Positions 27,008 through 37,914 of a stretch of DNA of 64,000 nt are shown here, in pieces (positions within the stretch are counted from its first letter, which is position 1; each line of letters opens with the position of its first letter). The notes beneath the pieces are model-generated. The model made no database searches. It was not told the DNA's origin and saw nothing but the letters and a program-made list of their open reading frames with translations. Made by a program: the position numbers and the translations under genes. This DNA comes from a virus (lineage: Duplodnaviria > Caudoviricetes). The stretch lies in IMG/VR virus record IMGVR_UViG_2930369814_000001, positions 22,768-86,767 of that record. One strand, given 5' to 3'.

Positions 27008-27394
27008 CTACGGTCCGGTCGACGCGGCCGCGGACTCCATCGCCTCACGTATCGCGTCCTCGAACACCTTCTCCGCCTCCGGGCTATCGAGGTACGCCTC
27101 CATGACCTCGCCCGCGATCCGCTCCATCGTCGCCTTGTCGAGCCCGTAACAGGCGACCGGCGCAGGCAGGGACTCACCGTCGGGGCCATCGGCCGTGGCC
27201 TTCGCCATGTTCTCTCGGAGCCCGTCCCGGCACGCGGTCTCACTCGCGACCGGCTCACCCCCGTCATCCAGGAGGACGGCGAGGCCACCGCCGACAGCGA
27301 ACGCCGCGAGGGCGGCGCCAACCGTCCAGGCGGCGAACCGGCCCCAGCGCGGCCGAGCCGGCGGCGGCGGTGGGTAGGCGGGCGGCTGACTCAT
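27008..27394 (-). CDS. Membrane-anchored protein
   Basis: Pro-rich N-terminus, one TM helix, two Cys. Confidence 0.65.
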   Translation of the reverse strand: MSQPPAYPPPPPARPRWGRFAAWTVGAALAAFAVGGGLAVLLDDGGEPVASETACRDGLRENMAKATADGPDGESLPAPVACYGLDKATMERIAGEVMEAYLDSPEAEKVFEDAIREAMESAAASTGP

Positions 27395-27528
27395 GGTTCC
27401 CCCAGGGGCTTGGCGCGTGGATGAATGATGGCCGCTTGTGGAGGCGGCGCGAAGGCGGAGTCACTGTTCCGTAACCCGAATCGGCGGAACCACCGTCGCC
27501 GGACTGACGGGCGGGGCAGACTGCTGCC

Positions 27529-27720
27529 ATGGCGATCCGGGTGAGCGTCCAGGCCGACAACGAGGACGAGTGCGTCGAAGGCCTCGCCCGCCTGGTCGAC
27601 GCCGGGTTCCAGCCGGTGATGATGCCCCGGTACATGACGGACGGCCGATGGATGGCGCGCGCAGTACCCACGGCGAAGGCCCCGGCCACTGACGACCGGG
27701 GCCCTGCCGTAGCCGGTTGA
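27529..27720 (+). CDS. Hypothetical protein
   Basis: MAIRVSVQAD...GRWMARA. Confidence 0.55.
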   Translation: MAIRVSVQADNEDECVEGLARLVDAGFQPVMMPRYMTDGRWMARAVPTAKAPATDDRGPAVAG

Positions 27721-30549
27721 TCAGGCGACCATGTCCCGGTATTCGTCGGCCATCTCCGGCACGATCTTCAGCAGGACAGCGGCGCGACGTAGCAGCCTGC
27801 CCTTTGCCCCGCGGTCGGTCTCGGCCGCGCCTTCGAGGAGCAGAGTGCTGGCGGCCTCCAGGTCGTCGGATCCGGTGATGCCCGACTTGTCGCAGCGGTC
27901 GCCAGCGTAGGCCAGCTGCCGGGTGAAGTCGGCGAGGCCGATGGCCGGGGTGGGCTCGTCGGCGATGTAGGCGACAGCAGCCGCGTGCTCGCAGATGAGA
28001 CTGTCGACGGTGATCGTGCTGGTGGGCATCGGCGTCACCGGCCTGCGTTGTTGACGAGCCATTGCCCGTACCGGCGGTCGGCCTCGGCGCTCAGCTCGTG
28101 CATGTTGCAGCCGGCGGCCTTGGCCTTGTCGATGGCGGGCACGACCTTGCGGTGTGCGGGGTCGTTGGTGCGTCCGGCACGGTCGGCTTTCTGCGAGGCG
28201 ATGATCGCCTGTATCGCGGCCTCACGGGCCTGTGCGGCGTTCGACATGCGGGTCTCCTGGGTGGTGGTCAGCCGCGGCGGGGGTAGCCGTGGCCGGTGGG
28301 CGGATAGGTGTGGGGTCGCCTGCGACGCCGAAGAGGATGACTTCTTCGAAGTCGGGGTCGTGGTATTGGGCGCCCGCCTCCGTCGTCGAAGGCGGCGTCT
28401 ACCGCGTCGAGGAGGGCGTGGGTGCGGCGCTTGTCGTCGTCTGCGGTCTCGCGGCGGAAGCTCACGGGCGCTTCCCGATGGCGCTGGGCTGGGACACGGG
28501 CTCTCCTATCGGGTGGGCACGTGCTTCTGGTTGGGGTGTGGGTATGGGGCTCAGCACTCGTGGAGCGAGTAGCTGACGAGGACGACATCCTTGGCGGACA
28601 CCTTGAAATCGTGTGCCGCTCGGGTGCGGAGTTCTTCGAGCAGGAGCCCCACGGTGGCTCCGCGCGGCGGCACGTAGGCACCGGTGTGCGTCCTGCCTTC
28701 GTTGTAGCCGGACTTCGCCGGTCCCTTGATGAACGTGGCCGAGTACTGGTATCGCGCCGCGGTGAGCGGCGTGCTGAGGTTGCCGTAGTCGGGCATGGGT
28801 TCTCCTATCGGTGGTTGGTGTGGGCGTGGTGGGTGGCGCGGTCGAAGGCGGCGAGGACGGGCCCGACGCTGGTCTGCTGGGCGTTCCACGACGGGATCGT
28901 CTCGGCGTGGGCGAACTCGCCCTGGATGGCGTCGAGGAGTGCGACGCACGCGTCGTGGGCGAGGTCCCGGTCGCCGCGAGCTTCGAGCCGGATCGCCCGG
29001 ATCGGGCAGACAGCGCCCGCCTCGTCGAACACCGCGTCCCGGCACCAGCCGTCGGTCTCGATCCGCAGCCGCGCCCGGTACAGCAGGTCGGCGAGCGGCG
29101 TCCGGTACGGGCTGGGTGCGGCGGCCGGCGCGGGCAGGGGCGCCTCCACGATGTGCGGGATGGGGTCGGCGCCGGGCAGGTGCGCCGTGTTCACCTCGAA
29201 CGCGACCGCGGCCTGGTCCAGGCGGACCGTCATCGCCGCGTCGACCAGGGCCAGTCGGGCGTCCAGGTCGAGGACGGGCGAGACGGCGGCCCGGGCGCGG
29301 AGGGCGGTACTCATGATCGCGCCTTGCCGTTGTCGCACTTCTCGGGGCAGCGCACCCGGCGCTGAACACCGCCGAACGCGGTGAACAGGACGCCGTTGCC
29401 GGTGCAGCACCAGCACAGGCCGCGGGCTTGGGCCTGCTCGGGTGAGAGGCTGCCGTTCTGCGCCTCCCACTCCTGGTCGGTCATCTTTCGGGGCATGATG
29501 AAGGTCTCCTCGTCGATCTTCTTGGTGGGCGTGGGGACCGGGGCGCCCCTGGTCGCTGCCAGGCATTCGAGGGGCGCCCCGGGCGTAGCTACAGGTCTTC
29601 GCCGAAGCGGACAGTCATCGTGGCTTCGAGGAGTTCGGCGGCCTCGCTGCCGTCGGTGGTGCGAGTGTCGAAGCGGGCCGTGACCTCACGGATGATCCGG
29701 TCGGTGGTCTTGCGGTCGCCGCGCTTCTTCGCTGCGACATAGTCCTTCACGGACTGGTGGGTGTACTGCACGGTGATCTCCTTCGGTTGGGATGGGTCAG
29801 CAGTCGGGGCAGGCGTCGTCGCCGGTGCACTGGTCGGCGTGGCGGCAGTCGTCGTTGCAGTACGGCCAGCCGCCCGGGGCGCCGCAGAGGCGGCACTCGT
29901 TCTCCATACCGGGACTCCTTGATCAGTCGGTGATGTCGAAGACGAGGCCGCTGGGCGCGATGGTGACCGTGGCGCCGCAGTCGCAGGTGTAGTCGCGGTA
30001 TCCGCGGTCCCGATCCTTGCCGGTCATGTCCTCGCCGCAGCAGACGGGGATGTCGTCGCGATCGGTGTCGGCGCCGATGCTGAGTTCGTAGCCGTAGCTG
30101 GTGGTGGGCACTGGTTCTCCTTCGGTTGGGGTGGGTCAGACGCGCCAGATGCCGGGGCGCCGCCGGGTGCGCGGGTTCGAGGTCTGCCGGGCCTGCTTCT
30201 CCAGGCCGCGCAGCTCGTCCTCATCGAGCAGGCCCTCGTAGTCGTCGGAGCCGAGGGGGCCGGCGACCTGGGGGGCGCGGTCGCCGATGTAGCGGGCACC
30301 CCGGGGTGGCTCGGTGTAGACGGTGCCGCAGTTGCTCAGCAGGCTGGTCGGCGAGTAGTGGCCGGTGGTCCAGTTGGCGCTGCCCCAGGAGCGGTCGTTG
30401 AAGGTGTGCGCGTTGTAGACACGCTCGGATCCGAGGCCCCAGTCGCGGCCTTCGGCGACCGTGTACACGGTGGTGCCCTTGCCATGCCGGTTCAGGTAGC
30501 GGGTGAGGTCCCTGGCGCCCTTCTTCGTGGGCTCGAACGTCTCAGACAT
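27721..30549 (-). other. Small-gene operon downstream of traB (27721-28029, 28035-28247, 28551-28796, 29311-29496, 29589-29771, 29797-29907, 29923-30111, 30136-30549)
   Basis: Compact ORFs with strong RBSs, several Cys-rich. Confidence 0.6.
28805..29314 (-). CDS. DUF6197-like protein
   Basis: IETDGWCR...CPIRAI...IPSWN motif. Confidence 0.6.
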   Translation of the reverse strand: MSTALRARAAVSPVLDLDARLALVDAAMTVRLDQAAVAFEVNTAHLPGADPIPHIVEAPLPAPAAAPSPYRTPLADLLYRARLRIETDGWCRDAVFDEAGAVCPIRAIRLEARGDRDLAHDACVALLDAIQGEFAHAETIPSWNAQQTSVGPVLAAFDRATHHAHTNHR

Positions 30550-30729
30550 GGGTTGATCTCCGTTTCTGGTTTGTGGTGGTTTACACCCAGACTGGTGCAC
30601 CTTTTGTGCGACTATGGGCGTCGGATGGCGGTCGGACACGGGGCGGGCCGTCCCTGGGTCCGGCCCGCCCTCCGTCCGCGCAATGACCAGCGGACTAAAG
30701 GGGGCGAATCACCCCCATGTCCGGGCTAT

Positions 30730-32925
30730 CTAGGCGCCTTCGAGGAACTGGAGGGCGTCGGCGATGGGTGCCCGGCGGTAGCCGTTCACCCGGCCGCGCC
30801 CCTCGATGACGACCTTCACAGTGGAACCAGCGCCCGCCGCACGCAGTAGCTCACCCAGTCGGTCCGCAGTCATGGACTCGCCGATGAGCTCGGCCATCTC
30901 GTCGAGCTGGGCCACGTCGCGGCCGAGGTCGTTCATGGCGATCAGGCAGCCCCGGCAGGCGTCCATCTGCATGCGCTGCTCGGGCGTCATCTGCAGGACG
31001 TTCCGGCCCGGCACGCCATCCCGCTTGGGTCCGCCGGCCACCGAGGACAGGCCGGTGGTGTTGAGGAGGTGCTTCTCGATCGGGTCGTCCCACTGCCCTG
31101 CCAGTCGTCCCGCGCCCTCGCGGATCTTCGCGGCCTTCTCCAGCAGCATCGTGATCTCGCCGCGCTCGTCCTCGTCCAGGTCGAACGATCGGGCGAGGTC
31201 GGTGACTCCGGCGAAGGGGTTGACGAGCCAGCCGAAGCCGGGCCGCGGCGGATCGAACTTGGAGGCGTCGCGCCCGGCGCTGGCCTGTCCGCCGCCGAGG
31301 ATCGCGTTGGACTGGGTGGCGTTCTCCACCCGCATCGCCCACCGGGCACCACAGTTCATGGCCAGGGCCTGCGGGATGACGTCCGCCTCCGGGTACTGGG
31401 TGATCAGCACCATGAGGATTCCGGCGCCCGCCGCGACCGCGGACAGTTCGATCAGCGCCTCCAGGATCTCGTCACGCAGCGGCTTCCCGGGCCGCGTGTA
31501 GGTGGCCAACTCATCGATGACCAGGAGTTCGATGCCGCCGATCTGCTCGATGACGGGTCCGACCAGCTTGGACTTGCCCAGTGCGCCCAGGTCCCGTTCA
31601 CGGCGATCCTTGTCCGCAAGGAGTGCCTGGAGCAGGGCCAAGAGCCGTTCGGGGTTGGGCTTGAAGTAGGTGGAGGCGACGCCCGTCTTGGCGTAGGGGT
31701 CCCACTCGCCGTTGTTCTTCCCGGCCACGATCCGCAGGTTGATCCGCGGGTCGAACGAGGTGCCGACGACCAGGTTGGACGCGCCGACGCCCTTGCCGGA
31801 GCGGGTCATGCCGGCGATGACGTAGGACTGGTTGTTGATCGCGAGGCGGATGGTGATGCCGCGCTTGTTCCAGGCGACGGGCACACCGTCCTTGAACGCG
31901 TCGAGCTGGGACGGCGCCTTGATCAGCGGGGAGGGCCGGGTGTCCTCGAACGCGTCCTGGTCGGTGAGCCACAGGGAGGCGCGGGCCTCCGTACCGGCCT
32001 TGGTCACGTCGACCATGGACACGTCCCGGCCGAGCGCCCCGGCGAGCTTGGGCAGCTTCTTCTTCAGCTCGGCGACGGTCGTCCGCGGCGGCAGGTCGAA
32101 GACAACGGTGGTGTTGCCGTCCTTCTCCCGCTGCGGCACGGCCAGGATCTGAATCTTCTCTTCGCCGCGGATCTCGCCGATCGCACGGAGGGCATCCTCC
32201 AACTGTTCGACGGTGAGAGCGGGCGGGGGCGGGGCGTTGAACTCACGCTGCCCCGGCTGGAACTCCTGCTTCGCCAGGTTGACCACCGCGGAGGCCAGCG
32301 GCTGCTCCCCCATGTTCGGGGCAGGTGCAGGCTGGCCTGCGTCGAAAGGGCGGGACACGAGGTACCAGCCGTAGCCGGCGGCGGTGCCCAGGGCAGCGAG
32401 GAGCATGGGCTGACCGGTGGCGGCCTGCTCGATGGTGGCGCCGAGGAGCGGCATGGCCGCAAGACCTCCCCCGGCGAGGACTGCGGCGCGGCCAGCCTTC
32501 TTGCCGCTGCGCGCGGCGTTGACCTCGCGGTCGGTGGGCGGCAGCACGATCGTGGTTTGCAGCGCCGCCAGCTTGGCTTCCTCTTGGGCGGCGCGCCCGC
32601 CGAGGCTGGACAGGGTGCCCGCGCTGACGTTGCCCTCGTTCTCGGCCTGCATCTTGGCGTGGGCGAGACGCCCGTGGGCTTCGGCGACGATCCGCTGCTG
32701 GTGGGCGACCTTCTCGGCGTGCTTGCGCTGCTTCTTGAGGGTGGCGGCCTGAATGATGTCGACCTGGTCCAGGTCGTTCCCGGCCAGCCAGTCCCGGGTG
32801 CGGGCGACGGCGTGCTTCCGCTGCTCGGCGAACGCGGCCTTCATCCGGGTGGTACGCGGGACGGTGGGCGGGTCAGTGGGCTTGGGCGGGATCTGCTGCT
32901 CGACGGGCTCGATCTCGGTGGCCAC
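30730..32925 (-). CDS. FtsK/SpoIIIE-family DNA translocase, TraB-like conjugative transfer protein
   Basis: Two TM segments, IAGMTRSGKG Walker A, LLVIDELATY Walker B, LITQYP, C-terminal wHTH-like region ending NGYRR. Confidence 0.85.
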   Translation of the reverse strand: MATEIEPVEQQIPPKPTDPPTVPRTTRMKAAFAEQRKHAVARTRDWLAGNDLDQVDIIQAATLKKQRKHAEKVAHQQRIVAEAHGRLAHAKMQAENEGNVSAGTLSSLGGRAAQEEAKLAALQTTIVLPPTDREVNAARSGKKAGRAAVLAGGGLAAMPLLGATIEQAATGQPMLLAALGTAAGYGWYLVSRPFDAGQPAPAPNMGEQPLASAVVNLAKQEFQPGQREFNAPPPPALTVEQLEDALRAIGEIRGEEKIQILAVPQREKDGNTTVVFDLPPRTTVAELKKKLPKLAGALGRDVSMVDVTKAGTEARASLWLTDQDAFEDTRPSPLIKAPSQLDAFKDGVPVAWNKRGITIRLAINNQSYVIAGMTRSGKGVGASNLVVGTSFDPRINLRIVAGKNNGEWDPYAKTGVASTYFKPNPERLLALLQALLADKDRRERDLGALGKSKLVGPVIEQIGGIELLVIDELATYTRPGKPLRDEILEALIELSAVAAGAGILMVLITQYPEADVIPQALAMNCGARWAMRVENATQSNAILGGGQASAGRDASKFDPPRPGFGWLVNPFAGVTDLARSFDLDEDERGEITMLLEKAAKIREGAGRLAGQWDDPIEKHLLNTTGLSSVAGGPKRDGVPGRNVLQMTPEQRMQMDACRGCLIAMNDLGRDVAQLDEMAELIGESMTADRLGELLRAAGAGSTVKVVIEGRGRVNGYRRAPIADALQFLEGA

Positions 32926-32986
32926 AGGGCCTGTCCTTCCAGATCGGGGGCGGGGCCCCGGTTGGGGCCCCGCGGGGTGGGGTGGC

Positions 32987-33457
32987 TTAGAGGCCGCCGA
33001 GGACGCCGCCGAGGGAGCCGACGACGGAGTTGGTGAGCTGGTCGCCCATCGCGCCGACGACCGTTCCGGCGAGAGCGATGCCGAGGAGGGACACGACGAC
33101 GGCGTCTCCGGCCTTCATGTGGCCTCCCTTGACGCGGAAGAACACGACGGTGCCGAGCAGCAGGATGGCGACGACACCGGCACCGATCGCGCCGCCAGAC
33201 GCCTGGGTCTGGTACTGCTGCTGCGTCCCGGCCGGCGCCTGCTGCTGCGGGTTGGTGAGCTGCGCGCCCGTCCCACCGTCGGGGGTCAACCCGTTGGTGA
33301 TGCCGTCGCTGCTGCCGGGTTCGGTGTCGGTGCGGGCGATGGCGAGGACGGTCGCCTCCTGCTCGACGGTGGCCGCGTCGGCGGTGGCGGCGGCTCCTCC
33401 AAGGAGGGCGACGGTGGCGGTCGTGGAGACGGCGATCCGGCGAAGCGTGGCGTTCAT
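32987..33457 (-). CDS. Secreted/membrane protein of the transfer module
   Basis: Signal-like N-terminus plus two C-terminal TM helices. Confidence 0.7.
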   Translation of the reverse strand: MNATLRRIAVSTTATVALLGGAAATADAATVEQEATVLAIARTDTEPGSSDGITNGLTPDGGTGAQLTNPQQQAPAGTQQQYQTQASGGAIGAGVVAILLLGTVVFFRVKGGHMKAGDAVVVSLLGIALAGTVVGAMGDQLTNSVVGSLGGVLGGL

Positions 33458-33481
33458 AGTTTGATCACTCCAGAGGGTGCG

Positions 33482-34804
33482 TTAGTTGGCAGTCGGGCTG
33501 GCGTTCTTGGCGGCGGACTCGGTCCGCTCGGTGCGTGCTTGCGCGCGGGCGATCGGGTGGTTCGGAGCGCTGTCGCCGGCCCGCCGGGTGGGCGGTGTGC
33601 CGCCGTTGTTTCGGCGCCCGTCGGGGGCGTTCGGGTCCTTCTTCGCGCGAGGGGGTCGTTGGGAATTGATCTGCGACAACGACCCGAGAACGGGGGCTTC
33701 GGTGACGGTCCGCATGTGGGCCTGCGCGGCGCGCGACTGGGCTTCGATTTCGGGGCGGATGCCGACCTTGGTGCAGCCCGTCACGAGAACCCACGCCTCG
33801 GCCCAGATCTGCTCCGTGACGTACTGCGAGCCGCGGGCGGAGCGGAGGGCGTCGGCGACCTCCCACACGTCGGGGTGCCGGTTCTTGCGATCGTCGTCGC
33901 GCCGCTTCTGATCCTCCGCGGCGCGGGCATCCGCCGCGGCCTTGTCGGCTGCAGCACGGGCGTCGGCGGCCTGCTTCTCGGCGCGCGCCTTCTCCCGCTC
34001 CTGCAGCTGCCGCTCCTGCTCCCGCTCGGCGGCGCGACGCTCCCGCCACGACGGGATGCCGTCGGCCTTCTGCGCGATGCCGTGCTCGTAGGCCATGAGG
34101 ACGATGGGCCCGCCGAGCGAGGCGATGGCCCCGATCAGTCCGGCGTTGAAACCGATGTGATCGTTGGTCAGCCCGCCGTGCAGGTTGATCGCGGCGGCGA
34201 TCGCCGCGGACAGCATGATGCCGATCCGGTACGGGGCGACATCCCGCCGGTGAGCGACTGCCCACGCGGCGCCGAACGCCAGCACCAGGGCGAGACCTTC
34301 GAGGAGGGCCGGCGCGGCGATGAGGAAGGGGCGCTCACGGTCCCAGAAGTGCATGAACTGCACGGGCGCGGCGATGATCAGACCGACGGCGTAGATGCCG
34401 CGGGCGCCCCACTTCCACCAGCGCTCGGACCGCTCCTGCTCGGCCAGCACCTGCGCCTCGGCGGCCTCCTCGTCGGCGGCAGCCTTCTCCGCCTTCTCCT
34501 TCTTGGCCTGCGACTCGGCGGCCTCCGCGGCCTTCTTCGCGACGTATGCCTTGTGGTCGGCCTGGTCCTTCTCCAGCCGCATGCGCTTGCGCTCGTTACT
34601 GATGCGCAGCTCTTCGGCCTGCTCGCTGGCGAGGATCTCGGCGGCCTTGGCGTCTCCCTCCGCCTTGATGCGGGCGGCTTCGGCTTCGGCTTCGGCGCGT
34701 TTCCTGATCGCCTCCGCCTCGGCCAGCGCCACCGGGTCGAACCGGGGCTCGGGCGAGGCAACGGCGCGGCCGTTGACCTGCTTCTCGACGGATACGGCGG
34801 TCAC
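33482..34804 (-). CDS. Spd-like (DUF2637/SpdB2-like) multi-TM coiled-coil protein
   Basis: Coiled coil, about 4 TM helices (APALLEGLAL, AAAINLHGG), coiled coil; upstream of traB. Confidence 0.6.
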   Translation of the reverse strand: MTAVSVEKQVNGRAVASPEPRFDPVALAEAEAIRKRAEAEAEAARIKAEGDAKAAEILASEQAEELRISNERKRMRLEKDQADHKAYVAKKAAEAAESQAKKEKAEKAAADEEAAEAQVLAEQERSERWWKWGARGIYAVGLIIAAPVQFMHFWDRERPFLIAAPALLEGLALVLAFGAAWAVAHRRDVAPYRIGIMLSAAIAAAINLHGGLTNDHIGFNAGLIGAIASLGGPIVLMAYEHGIAQKADGIPSWRERRAAEREQERQLQEREKARAEKQAADARAAADKAAADARAAEDQKRRDDDRKNRHPDVWEVADALRSARGSQYVTEQIWAEAWVLVTGCTKVGIRPEIEAQSRAAQAHMRTVTEAPVLGSLSQINSQRPPRAKKDPNAPDGRRNNGGTPPTRRAGDSAPNHPIARAQARTERTESAAKNASPTAN

Positions 34805-35000
34805 GGTGATCGGTGTCCTTCCAGATCGTTGGTGGAGGGTCGGGGTCAGCAGGCGGGGGTCTAGCGGGCGTGCCGGTCGAAGCGTGTTCGGGCGCGCGGC
34901 GGCCTGGTGGCTGCGATGACGAACGGTGTCAGGACGATCGCGATCACTGTCATGGCGACAGCGATGCAGCTCATGACGAGGTTGAAGTCGCTCACGGTGG

Positions 35001-35201
35001 TCAGTCCTCTCGGTTGCGGCGGCGGGTGGTGCGGTAGCCGAACGGGCCGGGCAGGTCGTAGCTGGTGGTGGTCTGGCCGGTGCTGGACCAGGTGCGTTTG
35101 GGCCCGCCCTTGGGGCCGACGGTGATCGACCAGGACCGGCGGTTGATGTTGATGCGGACGCCGGGCAGGATCCGGAAGCTCTTGCGAAACGTGATCGGCA
35201 T
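35001..35201 (-). CDS. DUF4236 domain protein
   Basis: ITFRKSFRILPGVRININRRSWSITVG...LPGPFGYR. Confidence 0.8.
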   Translation of the reverse strand: MPITFRKSFRILPGVRININRRSWSITVGPKGGPKRTWSSTGQTTTSYDLPGPFGYRTTRRRNRED

Positions 35202-35386
35202 CAGTCCTCCACGTCGATGAAGCGGAACGCGGCGAACGCGTGCGCCTGCGGGTCGGCGGTGGCGTTGACGATGCGGTCGGCCTCGTCGATGTCACCGCGG
35301 TTGACGGCGTCAGCGGCACGACGGGCCACAGCCAAGTCGACGGCGACAGTCGGGGCGGGCTTGGGGCGGCGGCGGAACAGGCTCAT
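35201..35386 (-). CDS. Hypothetical protein
   Basis: Coupled ORF. Confidence 0.6.
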   Translation of the reverse strand: MSLFRRRPKPAPTVAVDLAVARRAADAVNRGDIDEADRIVNATADPQAHAFAAFRFIDVED

Positions 35387-35422
35387 GTGGATGTCCTTCG
35401 CGGCTGGTCCGGGGCGGTGAGG

Positions 35423-35851
35423 TCAGACGGCGTCGGCAGCCGCGAGGGTGTCGGCCACGATCTGGCTGTGGTCGAAGGCGAGCGGCGGCAGGGCGTCCAG
35501 GGGCCACCACTCGGCACGCACGGCGTCGTCACCTGCCGTGATGGGCGTTCCGGGGATGACGAGCAGGTGGTAGGCGACGGTGACGTACCGACCGCGCGGG
35601 TCCCGGTCGGGCGCGTCGTACACGCCGACCTGGTCCAGTTCCGCCTCGGTCGCGTACAGGCCGGCCTCTTCGGCCAGCTCGCGGGCGGCGGCGGCGCGGG
35701 AGGTCTCGCCGGGGTCGACGTGCCCGCCAGGCAACGCCCACTTCCCCTTGTGCGGGTCCCAGCCGCGCTCGATCAGCAGGACGCGCCCGTCGGTGGTGGT
35801 GACGACGGTGTCGGCGGTGTAGCGGATGGTCTCGAACGTCTCGGCGCTCAT
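35423..35851 (-). CDS. Nudix hydrolase
   Basis: WALPGGHVDPGETSRAAAARELAEEAGL; DRDPRG; LAFDH. Confidence 0.92.
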   Translation of the reverse strand: MSAETFETIRYTADTVVTTTDGRVLLIERGWDPHKGKWALPGGHVDPGETSRAAAARELAEEAGLYATEAELDQVGVYDAPDRDPRGRYVTVAYHLLVIPGTPITAGDDAVRAEWWPLDALPPLAFDHSQIVADTLAAADAV

Positions 35852-35905
35852 ATCGGCCTCTCAGATTGGTGATCAGGCGCGGTGGGTGGTGTGCGCCCCG
35901 GCGGT

Positions 35906-36058
35906 CTAGGACTGCCTGTGGCATCCGCAGTGGCACGGAGCGCAGCAGCAGGGGGCCGAGGTCTTCTCGGCTTCCGCCTCGGCCAGCACCCTCCGCGCGA
36001 CCCCGGTCGCCACGAACAGGGCGCCGACGACGGCAATCGCCACCAGCAGGCCCCACAT
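35906..36058 (-). CDS. Small membrane protein with Cys/His tail
   Basis: Manual translation MWGLLVAIAVVGALFVATG...CCCAPCHCGCHRQS. Confidence 0.5.
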   Translation of the reverse strand: MWGLLVAIAVVGALFVATGVARRVLAEAEAEKTSAPCCCAPCHCGCHRQS

Positions 36059-37785
36059 CAGGCGGCGGCCGGGTAGTCGAAGCCGTCCAGCTCGGCAACC
36101 AGGTCGGCGTCCAGCCCGGCCGCGTAGTCACGGACGGCGGCCATCCGGGCCGAGTCGCCGGACTGGCGGGCATCGGCGTACTCGGCGAACAGATCGGCGA
36201 TCGACACGGTCAGCGCGTCGGCGACGCTGGTGACCGTGCGGGCCTTCAGCCCGATCTCGGTGGAACCCAAGTCGGCGGAGATCAGGAACGGAGACATCGG
36301 GATGGCCCTCTCAGGGTCAGCGGAACGTGGGATGGGGGTCAGGCGGTGGGGCGGGGCGCGCGGCGGCACTTGCCGGCGTGCCGTTCGGCAAGGCGGTGAG
36401 CGGCGGGCGGGTAGTAGGCGTGGCCGTCACCGAAGCCGCAGCCCGAACAGCGGACGCGGACGCACTCGCCGTCGTCCGTCAGGTCGACGTTGCCGCCGCC
36501 GACGGTCCGGTAGCGGGCGACAACACCCTCCGGCCAAGCGGACTGGGTGGAAGCAGGCATGGGGGTACTCCTCAGCTGGTCAGACAGGGCTCGGGTGGGA
36601 TGCCGCGGAGGCGGGACGGGGGTTGGACACCGCCCCCGCGGCGGCTTGGGGCCCTACTTGGGCCGGTTGGAGGACTGCCGGTTGGCGTCCTTGACCTTCT
36701 GGCGGAGCGCCTCGCGCTCGGCGTCCGTCACGACGCGTCCGGTACGGCGTGCAGGCGTCGGGTGCGGCCCGACGGCTGAGGCTTGGCCTGCGACAGGGGC
36801 GCCGCGGTGGCCGGGACGAACCAGTGGCTGATCCGCGTCTGGGTCTCTGGGTCGGTGAACGTGACCAGCAGCTTCGGCGACTCGCCGTCCCAGGCGGGCA
36901 GCCCGGCCACGATGCGCTCAGTCGTCGCCCGCAACAGCTCCCGACGCTCCCACTCCGTCACGACACACGCTCCGGCAGGTAGGCGCCGCCGTCACGGTGG
37001 GCGTAGGCGGTGATCGCGCCAGGCTCGTAGGGCTGACGGACGATCGCCATCAGGTCGTCCGGCCACCAGCCGAGGAACACCTCGTCGACCGCGGCCTCCA
37101 GCTCCAGGCTGGGATCCGGCCCGTTCACGACTCGACCCTCACGACCAGGAACCGGTCACTGTCGAGGTCCATCGTCACGGTGACGGACTGGCCCTGCGCC
37201 GTCAGCTCGGCCACCTTCTCCTCCGCCGGCCAGCTGCCGCGGGGACCGCCAGCCGGGAAGTCGGCAAGGATCTCGCGGGCGGTCACGACGCACCGCCGAT
37301 CAGGTCGAGCTGTCCGGCCGCCGTCAGAACGCGGACGGAGTCGGCCATCGTGTCCTGGGCCAGCGCGAGACTTTCGAACTCGGCGCCCGACATCGGACAC
37401 CCGAGACCGGTCAGCTCCTTGTAGCGGGCGGACGCCACCTCGTACCGGGTCACGGCACGCTGCACGTCGAAGGCAGCCATCACGCACCGCCGATCAGCTT
37501 GAGCTGGCCAGCCTTGGCGAGGACCGCGTGCGCGGCGGCCATGACGTCCTCGGCGTCGGCCAACGACCGGGCGTCCAAGTCCGACATGCGCCCGGACTCG
37601 GCAAGGCCGGCGAGCTGTGCGGCGTGCACGGCAGCCGTCTCGTACTCGGCGACCGCCTGCACCAGCGGGAAGTGCGGCAGGACGCGGGCCAGCGCGGCAG
37701 CCGACTTCGGCGGCAGCGGGGCGGTCGGCGTTGCGACCGCGTGGTCGGCGCGCTTCTGCGCACCGATAAGATCGGTGGTAGCCAA
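36058..37785 (-). other. Small genes at the head of the transfer operon (36058-36297, 36339-36560, 36728-36961, 37125-37286, 37283-37480, 37480-37785)
   Basis: Coupled ORFs. Confidence 0.6.
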
Positions 37786-37914
37786 CGTGGTCTCCTAGTC
37801 AGAACCTGTTGGTGAGGGCCGGCCTGCGAGGTGAGAGTCGCGGTGTCCGGCCCGTCTTCTTTTGTGCGCTGCCCGCGGACTGGGTCCGGTGAGAGTGGAC
37901 AACGGTGACGCCGT

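Noticed and set aside
25784-28811. Recurrent CGATAGGAG at about 25784, 26205, 28503 and 28802
   Set aside because: Mostly explained by the Shine-Dalgarno sequence; too short to claim more.
31069-34864. 655-aa and 703-aa plus-strand ORFs
   Set aside because: Shadows of traB and the spd-like gene.
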